Part shown: positions 38,292-49,259 of the stretch, piece by piece
Layout of the letters: each line of letters begins with the position of its first letter
How positions within the stretch are numbered: position 1 is the first letter of the stretch
The notes under the pieces: model-generated
What the model was told of the DNA's origin: nothing
The model's input: only the letters and a program-made list of their open reading frames with translations
The model's database searches: none
Position numbers and translations under genes: made by a program
Assembly (NCBI GenBank): GCA_043228905.1
Contig: JBHGNT010000005.1
Span: 19,778,001 to 19,842,000, forward strand
DNA length: 64,000 nucleotides
Source of the DNA: Azolla caroliniana
Lineage: Eukaryota > Plantae > Polypodiophyta
Direction: 5' to 3'

Positions 38292-39530
38292 ATGGTTAGT
38301 CGGTCCAAGACCTTCATAGACTTTGATGCGGATTGGGGTGAAACAATACCCTATGAAGGGAGATATGGCCTGAATCATTTCTCAACTATATATTGTGTAT
38401 AAATAGTGATGTTTGTGTGTTAACTTGAATGATGGTATAGGGTTTTTGTAAGAAAGGGTGCTAGGTGCCTCAAATCCAACGATATGGATGTTGAAAACAT
38501 CATTATTGAAGACTCGAACATGGATACGAACCCCATACATGACGTGGGGCCAGGTGTTGAAGATATCAAACTAAATGGTGATTTGATGTACATTCTTGTA
38601 ATCATTATTGAAGTAAGTATATGTTGGGTTTTTCTAATGCAAATGTCACACCATTGTTGTAGTGGACCCTATGTCCCTCTTCAAGTGTGGAAGAGACTCG
38701 ACAAGTATCAAATGTCGCACATGTATCGTTGGAGATTCATGTAGAAAAGAGGTACGATGGTTTCGCAAAAAAGCTGACATGGAGGCTCACTTACAGAAGG
38801 CACATGGGGGGCACATGGCATCCGTGTAATACTGCCTCGGGGGCTAAAGATAGAAGAAGAAGAGCAAGCGACCTCTATGAGGAGCACAACCACGTCATTC
38901 TTCAGCCACTATGAAAGACAACGATCAATAAAGCATAAAGTGCAACAGATCACGCCAATCACACATGAGGAAGTTGAGGACAAGAAAGAAAGAAAGAAAG
39001 ATATATATGAATTGGAAAAGAGTGATTAAGATCGTCAAAGCCACTCCGGACGCACTTCGAACATCCAAGGAGGCTGATTTCATTGCCCAATTCATCAGCC
39101 AAAAGATGGCCAAGTATGACAGGGGGAAGGAGCATAGGATGACAAAATTGAAGTTGAAGATTGCGGCTGCGTCTGAAGCTTATGTGAGTATGGTTTATGA
39201 TTATGCATGCATCTTATGTGAGTCTAAATCTAGTGTGTGAATGATTATGTGTGAATCTTATGTATGAATTTCAGTGTAAGAATCATGGGCTTCCCATGCT
39301 AGAAGATGAGGCACATGTTGAGATCGATGGTGGTCAAGCAAGACCAACTGTTAGAATCGACAACCAAGGAGGCCTAAAATCCAAATCCGCAAGAAAAAAG
39401 TGGACCCTAGTAAATTTTCATTCATTACATCATCTGACACAGATGAGAGTGTGGACATTGGGATTGTCTTTGTTGGTCCTAGGACAATCACGAAAACATG
39501 GGATAACACAACAAGAAATAAGTTCACTAG
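38292..39530 (+). pseudogene. Possible decayed, spliced accessory gene of the Mutator-like element
   Basis: Coding-like blocks separated by AT-rich GT...AG segments; basic helical ORF at 38965-39240; no recognisable domain. Confidence 0.25.
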
Positions 39531-39667
39531 GTATGTCGTTATGGTGGGGGCATGAGATCAATAGTTAACTTCATGCTTTTTTTGTAGTTACTAATCTGGC
39601 CTAATAAACAGGTTTCAGATGGCTTACCGACGACTAGATCTAGCGGTCTTTTTTACAGAGGTAGAAC

Positions 39668-40175
39668 TATGACTCAATGTGGACTCTATCTTAATCTCAT
39701 TTTGTAATATCAAATCAATATTTGAATCTCATTTTGGTTGTATATGACTCAATTTGATGAACATTCTGGTTGTGAGTCTTATTATTTGAATCTCATTCTG
39801 GTTGTATATGACTCAATTTGAATCTCATTCTGGTTAGTGTGTGACTCAATGTGAATCTTATTCAAAAACAATGTACAATAATGCAATACTAGTCAATAAT
39901 GGAAAAGGTAGACAAAGCAATGTACAATAATGCAATACTAGTCAATAATGGAAAAGGTAGACAAAGCAATGTACAATAATGCAATACTAGACAATGCAAT
40001 ACTAGTCAATAATGGAGAAGGTAGACAAAGCAATGTACAACAATGTTATAGGAGGGAGCCCGAATGATTAACAAGAAGCCCAACTAATTAATGAGGAGCC
40101 CGACTGATTAACGAGGAGCCCGACTCGTTACAAAAGAGGGAGCCCGACTGATTAATGAGGAGCCCAACTCATTAA
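39668..40175. repeat. Three adjacent minisatellite arrays upstream of the transposase
   Basis: ~33-bp TGAATCTCATTCTGGTTG units; ~49-bp CAATGTACAATAATGCAATACTAG units; ~19-bp GAGGAGCCCGACTGATTAA units. Confidence 0.85.
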
Positions 40176-40521
40176 TAGTCAAGTGCCCAACTACGTGTAA
40201 TGATGGCGTTTCAACTATCACACTAACGACTATACTAAATTGATTCGCCAAATTCAGTAGCATGCACTAAGAGGTAGACTCATTCACTAAGGGTTGAACT
40301 CATTCCCTTCCTTAACAGTCTATTAATCACTCGCACTCATTTCATTCACCCGCATTCTCGATCGTTCACTAATAGCCCTGAACATTCTCGAACTAAATCA
40401 TTGAAGAAGACCTGAAATAATCCACTCCATTCATGTGAATTATTTGAATTCATTCGCATAATCTCTCACATTCACTTCATTCACCTCAATCACTGGCATT
40501 CTCAATCATATTGTATTTGCT

Positions 40522-43448
40522 ATGGAGAGCACAATGCATCATGGTGTCTTCACCATGTCGGAAGATGAATTGGAGGATACGTCATTGTCGTAAAATGCAT
40601 CATTAAATGTATTTGAGGATGAATTGGAGATTCCTTTTGGGTCATCAGATTCTGATCGTGAGGATGAGGTGGTCGATCCCTTCATGTATTGTTCCCCCAA
40701 GTCTTTTGCATTTTCAAGAGGTACATATAATTTGATGGTTAAAGATTTATTGGGACAAGTTAAGGTAACATTGGAAGCATTACGTGATGTCGCGAGGGGT
40801 GCACCTCTTTCACTTCATGCATGGAGGCGCATGAAGTGTCGTCTCATACTCGGGAATGAGAGTGAAATTTACCTTAAAGCATCTCCTAATCTTCAAGTAT
40901 TATACGTCGAGAAATGGAGGGAAGTAGTATTAGCGTCACATGGCGACACATCCCATCACACGTTTTCAAAGAATCTTAAAGAGTTAAAGCTAGTTTACGC
41001 GACTGATGTACGTGATTATGGCATCACACTGGAGTACGTAAAAGCACTCATTACAAGTTGTGGTTGCCAAATGGTATCGAAGGTCGACCCGATAGAAGGT
41101 TTGGGATGAAGCATGGCCAAATATAACAAGACTCTACCCATAGAAGTGATCAAGGTAGAAACCCACCAGTTAGATGATGCGCTCACAGATTTGCAAACCA
41201 AGTACCACACACTTTTAAGGAAAGGAGTCAAGAAGGGTATGTGTGTGACTAGGTATAGTTGCCATCGTGCTGGGACATCTCAACTTGAATCTAATTCCAC
41301 TCGACGACGCAGGTGCACACCCCGATGTGGGTGCACATTCCATGTGTACGTTAGAATGAATGACAGTGTTGACAATGAGACACTTACCATTTCAATATAT
41401 GGACATCATAGTGGTCATGTACCATGTAGTAGGTCAGATGTGTACCATTTGCCAATACACCCCAATGTCATAAGTTGTTGCAAAGATGACCTATTTGATG
41501 TTGGGTGTGCAAGGCATGTGGCACAAATGAGCATGCGTAAGGAAGCATATCATAAGTCCAAGGCTAGTCCATTAGAGCTTGTTAGCTATTGGTTCTTTAT
41601 GATACCAAAGGAGGTCCATAACATGGCAAATAGGTTAAAAATCGGGAGTGCCATGACTAAGGTTGATTGGGCTTTGATGATGCAAGATGCCTATGCACTC
41701 CGAGATCTTAGGAAAGTGGCTCATGTTCAACCCTACCTGCCTGGTGAACCAGGGTCTCCCGCCAGACAACCATTTATCTTGATACTTCAATATCAATGGA
41801 TGTTGGAAATGTGTGAGCGGTTGACCCTAAACAACTCTTGGGCAATCGACTTGACATTTAAAACAAACCAATTCGGGCTACCATTATATGCAGTTGTTGC
41901 CCCAACACCATGGGAATTAGGATCCCATTATGGTACATGCTTTGTAGTTCTAATAAGGGGTCAAACCATGAGCAAGTCGCATTAGAAACTTGTTTGAGAG
42001 TCATATTCACAAGGATGCCCACAGTGAGGCCAAATGCGATAGTGATTGATAAATGTTGGACATCATATAATGCCATAACTAATGTGGTTGCAACAGACCG
42101 TCAATCTTGGATTGTTGTAAATGGGGAACAATCGCAAACACATTGTCGACTTTTGTTATGTCAATTTCACGCCAAAAAGTCACGGGTGGACAACTTGTTG
42201 CCAAAAGTAAGTGCAACTGAGAGAAGCCATATTTATCAACGAATGTGCCAACTGATGCAATGCATTACTGAATCCGCATTCAATGCGATGTGTGAGGAGT
42301 TAAAGGTAGAATATGCAGACAAGCCCGGTGTTTGGCAATATATAGAAGGAGGATGATGTGGTTTGACATGTGTGTGGAGGAAACTCTGACCCAAGTTTGG
42401 TAGAATGTTCAACTATGGACACGTTGACACTACCAATATTGTGGAAAGACATTAGCAGTTTATCAAGTATACTGCCTTGAGAGGAAGAACAAACCGATCA
42501 ATTACCGACCTTCTACATGTCTTAATCGGGGACAGTGAAACATGCACTTGCATAGGAGGAACGGTAATAGAGTGGTAGAAGCAACGACAAGAAATATGTG
42601 AGAGTGGTCGGTTTGCACCCCGTGCGAATTGTAGGGATCAAAGGTCCCGACTTAAAGAAGTGGAGAGAATTTTGGAAAGGTATGCCGACAATACTTCCAG
42701 AATGGAAATTGTCGACGAGGCTCGATATTGGTTTAGAATCTTGAGCATGACGACTCCCACTCTATGGTATAATGTCTCGCTCCAATGCTCATATTGTGAT
42801 TGACAAGACATTGCGAGTAAATGTAAGCATTTACTCGGTATCCAAATGATTATTGAGAGGCATATGTCACATTTATGTGGCTTGTTGCCTTTTATAGATC
42901 ACGCGACCCAAATGCGAATGGACCATAATACAGAAATAGAAGAGGAGGCAGAGGTGGAGGTAGAACGAGTCGAGGAGACAAACCCCACAACATCCGAGAT
43001 TGAATCATTCAAGTCCAAAATACAAACGATCGTGAAAGCACTTCAATGTCTCGAGCAAGGGTTACTAACCTTCAATTGTGCAACTATTGTCGAAGGTATA
43101 CAAACATTGGAAGATGTGATTGAGAAGGTGTATCGTGTTGGTGCACCAAAATCAACCAATGAAGAAGATGGCAGATCAATAAGTTGCAACCAACAAGTCG
43201 GTGCCAAAAGAAGTGCAACAATAGACATCTCGCAAGAACTTATTGGCAGTTCCCCAAACACTTCCAAATCTCACTTCGGAAAACTACAAAGAGGTGCAAG
43301 TCGGGCTAGGAGGCGATTGTCAATATGTGACCATGAGAAGGTTCGGTGTTTGCGTTGCTATGGCTTGACCTTGATTTCAAGGGACTCGAATGTTACATGT
43401 TATAAAAATTGTGGTTGCATCTTGCAATCATCCCGACATGAGCCATAA
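40522..43448 (+). mobile_element. Mutator-like (MULE) transposase pseudogene: N-terminal HHCC-like region, WRKY/FAR1-like domain, DDE core, SWIM finger
   Basis: RYSCHRAG...RCGCTFHV...HHSGH; WAIDLTFKTNQFGLPLY; PNAIVIDK...LLCQFH; DTTNIVERH near 42425; C-x-C...CKHL near 42785-42835; several stops and a frameshift near 41910. Confidence 0.85.
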
Positions 43449-43635
43449 TCTTAATATGTAACGTGTATATTCATATTTCATTTTAGGGTTGTCAACATTT
43501 GACGTTTTAACATTTTATGTAAGACTTGTTATTTGAATCTTTAGGTTTTTTTTGAGAAATTTTATGATCATTTTCATGGCAAATATGTGTGTTGTACACT
43601 TAACCATTTTTGGGAGTTTTTGATGTTTGTTTTTA

Positions 43636-43865
43636 AGTCGGGCTCCTTCCCTGAGTTGGGTCGGGCTTCTGATTTCTGATGATGACAGAGGTTGTCAGAC
43701 AGCGGGGCTCCTTTTGATAGAGTGAGCGGGGCTCCTTTTGACAGAGTGAGGCTCCTGCTTACATGCTTAGAGAGGCTGTCTGACAGCGGAGTGGGGCTCC
43801 TTCTGACAGAGTCGGGCTCCTGGTGACAAAGGCTGTGAGAGAGTGGGGCTCCCGGTGACAGAGCG
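43636..43865. repeat. GTCGGGCTCC/GGGGCTCC repeat array, inverted relative to GGAGCCCGAC at 36820-36850 and 40035-40170
   Basis: About 7 copies of (C/G)GGGCTCC; likely the right subterminal region of the MULE. Confidence 0.6.
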
Positions 43866-43963
43866 TGTGTGAGAGTTCCCCTGCTTCTATGTGCAGTGAG
43901 TGAGTGAGTGTTTGTGTATACATACGCTTGCTCTGCAGATCCTGAGCTTCCCATGTCTACACC

Positions 43964-44004
<41 letters not shown>

Positions 44005-44042
44005 TGATTGATTGATTCTCAGCTGCAGTTGTGATTGATTGA
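43964..44042. repeat. (GATT)n microsatellite just upstream of the PPR ORF
   Basis: Read directly from the sequence. Confidence 0.9.
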
Positions 44043-44085
44043 CCCACCCATCTCACAGCTTCCCCATGCTGCCACCGCACTGTAG

Positions 44086-46833
44086 ATGCACATCATACCC
44101 CCCATCTGTCGAGGCTATGGAGACAGAAAGGTAAAGTGCAATCGCTGTAGCCCCCAGACATGGTCTGTGTATCTCTCTGCTCCGAGGAAATGCTTTATCG
44201 CTAACCTACTAATCCCAGGCCCTTTTATCCATCTCTCTCTATCATCAACGCTATCTTTTGACTCATTAGCTGCCGATTTGAGGCATTGCAGCAATGTTGG
44301 CTCTTTGCTCAATGGGAGAGAAATTCATGCCCACATACAGAAATGTGGTCATTTCCATGACACCTTTCTTGGAAATTGCCTCATTCACATGTATGGAAAT
44401 TGTGAGAGTTTGGAAGAAGCCAACTATGTCTTCAAGAAAATGCATCACCCTAATGTATTCACGTGGAATATAATGATCAAAGCGTATGTCCAAGATGGTA
44501 ATTTAGATGATGCATTCGTATTATTTGCGAAAATGTCACAGAAAGATGGTGTTTCGTGGAATACTATGATGTCTGCTTTTGTTCAAAATCATCGAGATAT
44601 GTCTGCTGTATGCCTATTCCATAGAATGCTTCTCGAATGTGTGTTACCCGATAAAATATCTCTTCTATGTATCCTTGATGCTTGCTCTAAGGTTGAGTAT
44701 GTTGAACAGGGATTGATCATTCATGTCTTTATTGTGAATGAAGGTTATGATCAAAATATGGCGGTTAGTACTGCTCTCTCTAACATGTATGGAAAATGTG
44801 GAAACTTGAGGCTTGCAATGATAGTGTTTGAGAGAATGCAAGATCCACCTGATGTTATTGCTTGGAGCACCATAATTTCCATATTTGTTCATAATGAGCG
44901 AATGACCGAAGCGTTGAACCTCTTTTTTAAGATGTGGTTTGAAGGGATGATTTCTAACACATCTTCCTTTATCGCAGGCCTCGACGCTTGTGCCGATCTC
45001 ATGGCTATTGAAGTAGGGAGAGAGATCCATCTATCGATTGTTATTGAAACAAGTCTTGAGTCTGATATTTCGTTACTTAATACTCTCATTAGCATGTATG
45101 GAAAATGTGGCTATGTTCATGAAGCTACGAACATATTCAATCATGCAAAAGACAGAGATATTATATCTTGGAATGCGTTCATTGCATGCCTTATTCACAA
45201 TGAGTGTTGCAATGAGGCTCTCAGGAAGTTTAGACAAATGCAGATAACAAAGGTTATACCTGATAAAGTCACATTCTTATGCATCTTAGATGCATGTGCA
45301 AAAGTTACTAGTTTGATTGAAGGCCAAGAAATACATATGATCGTGGCTTGCGTTGGTTTAGAGAGTGAGACAGTGGTTGGAACTGCCCTTGTTAATATGT
45401 ATGGAAAATGTGGGCAGCTTGAAGATGCTAAGCTTATATTTACCAAAGTCCAGCATCGGGATATGGTCTGCTGGAATGCCCTCATTGCAGTGCTTAGCCA
45501 AAACCGAAACGATGATGAAGCTCTTTGTTTGTTTCATGAAATGCAAAGCGAGGGCATTGTGCCGGACCATATTTCATTTATTTGTGCACTTGAGTCTTGC
45601 TCCAATCTAGATAAAGGTTATGATCTTCATAAACTCATTACTGCAACTGGACATGATCAATATGTCGAGGTAAGCAATGCTCTCGTTTGCATGTATGGGA
45701 GGTTTAGTGGCCTTGATGATGCGAAGTTTGCATTTACCACATTGCCTTGGGTAACTAGTGCATCTTGGAATGCAATGATTGGAGTGCTTTCTCGAAACGG
45801 AAATTCCAGGGAGGCATTACAACTATTTCTAGACATGAAACATAGGGGATTTCATCCCGACAAAATCAGCTTTGTTTGTGTTCTTGATGCTTGTGCAAGC
45901 TTGGAGGTGCTAAAGAGTGGTCAAGCGATCCATTCTGATATCATTAATGTTGGATATGACGATGACGATGACGGTGTGACAATTAAAACAGCCCTCATAA
46001 GCATGTATGGAAAATGCATGAGCCCATGTTGTGCTATATGTGTATTTGAAAGCATGTTTCAACCAGATATTGTTGCTTGGAATGCACTGTTCACAGCGCT
46101 AACTCAAAATGGAAGTCACGTAGATGCTTTGTGTCGACTATATCAGATGCAACACAAGGGTGTAAAACCGAATCAAATCTCGTTTCTATGTGTTCTAGAT
46201 GCATGTGCAAATCTAGCATCTCTTACGAATGGGATGGAAGTTCATGCATTCGTTGTTGAGAGTGAAGTCGAGAAGGAGACAGTAGTAGGTACCGCGGTAA
46301 TAAATATGTATGGGAAGTGTGGAAGCGTAGTAGAGGCAAAGTCCACATTTGAACCATTGTGTTCTCGTGATGTGATATCTTGGAACACAATGCTTGCCGT
46401 GTATGCGCAAAATGGACACGCAAGTGATGCCATGGAATCGTTTAAACGAATGCTTGCTGAACATATCCATCCTGATGAAATCACATTTGTTTGTTTACTC
46501 ACTGCATGCAGTCATGCAGGGTATCTGGATATCGGCAAGTATTTATTTGCACACATGAATATAGGATATAGGATCCCATGGATGAGGGATCATTACGGGT
46601 GTATGGTCGATCTTTTGGGCCGTGCAGGTATGATGGCCGAGGCTGAAGCCTTGATCCATCACATGTCATCAGAAACCGGGTCCGTAGTATGGCCCTCGAT
46701 ACTTAGTGCGTGCCGGCATCACGATGATTTTGATAGAGGCATGCGAGCTTCAAAGCATTGCTTTGAGAGGGATTCCCATAGCATGGCATCTCATTTGACA
46801 TTATCCAGCTTAATATTAGCATGTGAAAGGTGA
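44086..46833 (+). CDS. PLS-class pentatricopeptide repeat protein ending in an E domain, no DYW (organellar RNA-editing factor type)
   Basis: Uninterrupted 915-aa ORF with repeated P-L-S triplets (ALVNMYGKCG, DVISWNAMI, PDKISFLCVLDACA); ends HYGCMVDLLGRAG...VWPSILSACRHH...SHLTLSSL; true start codon uncertain. Confidence 0.95.
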   Translation: MHIIPPICRGYGDRKVKCNRCSPQTWSVYLSAPRKCFIANLLIPGPFIHLSLSSTLSFDSLAADLRHCSNVGSLLNGREIHAHIQKCGHFHDTFLGNCLIHMYGNCESLEEANYVFKKMHHPNVFTWNIMIKAYVQDGNLDDAFVLFAKMSQKDGVSWNTMMSAFVQNHRDMSAVCLFHRMLLECVLPDKISLLCILDACSKVEYVEQGLIIHVFIVNEGYDQNMAVSTALSNMYGKCGNLRLAMIVFERMQDPPDVIAWSTIISIFVHNERMTEALNLFFKMWFEGMISNTSSFIAGLDACADLMAIEVGREIHLSIVIETSLESDISLLNTLISMYGKCGYVHEATNIFNHAKDRDIISWNAFIACLIHNECCNEALRKFRQMQITKVIPDKVTFLCILDACAKVTSLIEGQEIHMIVACVGLESETVVGTALVNMYGKCGQLEDAKLIFTKVQHRDMVCWNALIAVLSQNRNDDEALCLFHEMQSEGIVPDHISFICALESCSNLDKGYDLHKLITATGHDQYVEVSNALVCMYGRFSGLDDAKFAFTTLPWVTSASWNAMIGVLSRNGNSREALQLFLDMKHRGFHPDKISFVCVLDACASLEVLKSGQAIHSDIINVGYDDDDDGVTIKTALISMYGKCMSPCCAICVFESMFQPDIVAWNALFTALTQNGSHVDALCRLYQMQHKGVKPNQISFLCVLDACANLASLTNGMEVHAFVVESEVEKETVVGTAVINMYGKCGSVVEAKSTFEPLCSRDVISWNTMLAVYAQNGHASDAMESFKRMLAEHIHPDEITFVCLLTACSHAGYLDIGKYLFAHMNIGYRIPWMRDHYGCMVDLLGRAGMMAEAEALIHHMSSETGSVVWPSILSACRHHDDFDRGMRASKHCFERDSHSMASHLTLSSLILACER

Positions 46834-47737
46834 TGGTGCCCTTGCTATCAAGTCTCTTAGCACTAACTGCAATCAAAGAGGATGAAAAGAATCCCATAAA
46901 AAATGTAGATACTGCAACACCATTTTTAAAATGAACTAATGATACATTTGGAACCCATTCTCTAAATTTGATGATGATGATGCCAGGATTGGGATGTGTA
47001 ATCTATATCATTTTAGGATGTGCCGTTTCGTCAATATCCCATACTCAATCAAATGCCCTTGTTGTTAGACATGCATTTTTGCAAAAAGTGGATTCATAAG
47101 ATTAGGGTTTTTCATAAGTTATTTCTAAGCGCTCAACTCTTTTGGTCAACAATAGGGTTTAAATAGCTTTACTACCATTCGGCATAGTCTTACATTATTA
47201 CATACATGCTTATAACCTCTCTAACCAACCATGTTGCAATCATTGTGTGTATTGTTATGGCTTCTAACCATGACCTAGTCACCTCTACATTAGAGTTGAA
47301 GTCACTTCCATGATGTGACATATGACTAGGGTGTATGACATACCACCCTTTCTTTATGTGAGGACCATTGGTAGTCCAAACATGACTAGTATGCATGCAT
47401 CTCACATGTTTATGAGGGCTTTAGGGTGTGTGAAACATAGGAATAAAGATAGGACATGGGTAGAATGACCATATGTTGGACGGTTAGTCTATGTTTGTCA
47501 TCTTGTAATTGCTCAAGTTACAAAGCGATCATTGTGATTATTGGTTGCCATGGTTTTTGAAAGGTTAGAGTTTTGTGCTTTTTAAGGCAACTTTTGCTTC
47601 CAATTCGCGTTTTTCTCACTTAGAAAAAAACATTGTTTTCATTCTAGCCATATGTAAAAGAATAGCGTGCGGAAGCAATAGGAAACCGAACACAGAAATG
47701 CAGGTTTAATGGAGAGCTTCGAATATACACAGTACGC

Positions 47738-47768
<31 letters not shown>

Positions 47769-49259
47769 CACGTAAACTCAATTCAAAAAATGATACTTGA
47801 TCTGTAAATTGTATGTGTTCAGTGAACACTTTTATACAAGTCCATACGGACTGACAGAAGTGTGGTGTACTTCAATGCTCACACGAGCGTCTAACACTAA
47901 CTACGAGATATTAACTCCCTAGTAGTCTAGCTGGTACTTGGTTTCCGGTTACTGCTTGATCCGGAAAACCGGCTCCCTAGCTCATTGGCTCACCGATCCG
48001 GCTCATCCTTCTGGATGTCGATCCGGATCCGGTTGAGCTTGCCGCTCAACACTCCCCCTCAAGCTCAACTTGAGGTCGGATCGTAGTGTTAGCCTCCATG
48101 GTAACCGGTCCTTCCACCAGGCTCCTTTTGGCGTCACTCCGCCTGGCTCGCACTCCTCGTCTGGTCCGGTCCCGTTTGCCCCAACCCTTTTGTTCCTGTG
48201 CACCTCGACCTCCTCGGTCAGTTTGTCTGCTCAACAGGCCCAAAACAGCTCCCTCACTGTTGTGACTTCGGCGCTTGTCGATTCACCGATTCCTTTGTGT
48301 TGGCGTCGACTTTTGTTGCCTTCTCGTCCTCTTGGCCTTGAATTGATTCGGTTCTTCCGAATCCGTCTGTTGAACCGAATCGGCTCTCTCCGATTCGTTC
48401 CAGCTCTTGTCCGAATCGGTCGCTCCCGATTCGTCTTCCGGTTCCAGGCCCTTCACCACATCGAACCATGTCCGGGTCTTGGCCTTCTTCTTCCGGTCGG
48501 CTTTGTCCTTCTTGACTCTACCATCATTGCCGCTTGTTCCGACTTGTTTGGATGTGTTGACTTCCTTTGTCGACTCGGCTCCTTTCTTCTTCTTGTCTCT
48601 CCCTTTGTCGGTTCTTCCCTCACCGGCACAATCGACAGTTTCTTTGCCTTTGCCCGTTCCGGTAACTTTGCCCTCTTTGCCCGCTCTCCCCCTCAAGTGT
48701 GGCACGTCAAGATGTTGAACACCAAGCATTTCGATGAAGTGTTGCAACTTGTCCGTTCCAAGCGGTTTGGTGAAGATGTCAGCAACTTGCCGATTCGTAT
48801 GAACATACCGAAGTTCAACTTCATTGCTCAGGACACGCTCACGCATGAAGTGGTAGTGCACTTCTATGTGCATTGTGCAAGCATGGAATACGGGGTTCTT
48901 GGCAAGTTGCATGCTGCTTATGTTGTCACAGTAGATCAGGATCGAGTTCGGTACCTCGATCCATAGGTCTTGCAGCAGTCGCCGAAGCCAAATGGCTTCA
49001 CAGGTGGCAACGGTGGCAACGGTGGTGTCCCGGTATTCAGCCTCAGTGCTCGAAAGGGCCACTATTGGCTGCTTTTTGCTACTCCACGCAACAGTCGCCC
49101 TACCAAGGGAAAACATATAGTCGGAGGCCATGCAACTAAAAGTAAAATGCATGCATCTAAAAATGGAAGCATGCAAGTAAAAGCAGAGGCCATGCAACTA
49201 AAAATAGAGGCCATCCAACTAAAAGTGGGCATGCAAAGTAACATTGGGGAGGAGGATCA

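Noticed and set aside
48070-48966. 298-aa plus-strand ORF as an antisense or env-like gene
   Set aside because: It is the shadow frame of the purine-rich RNase H and tail on the minus strand; no equivalent long ORF exists in A or B.
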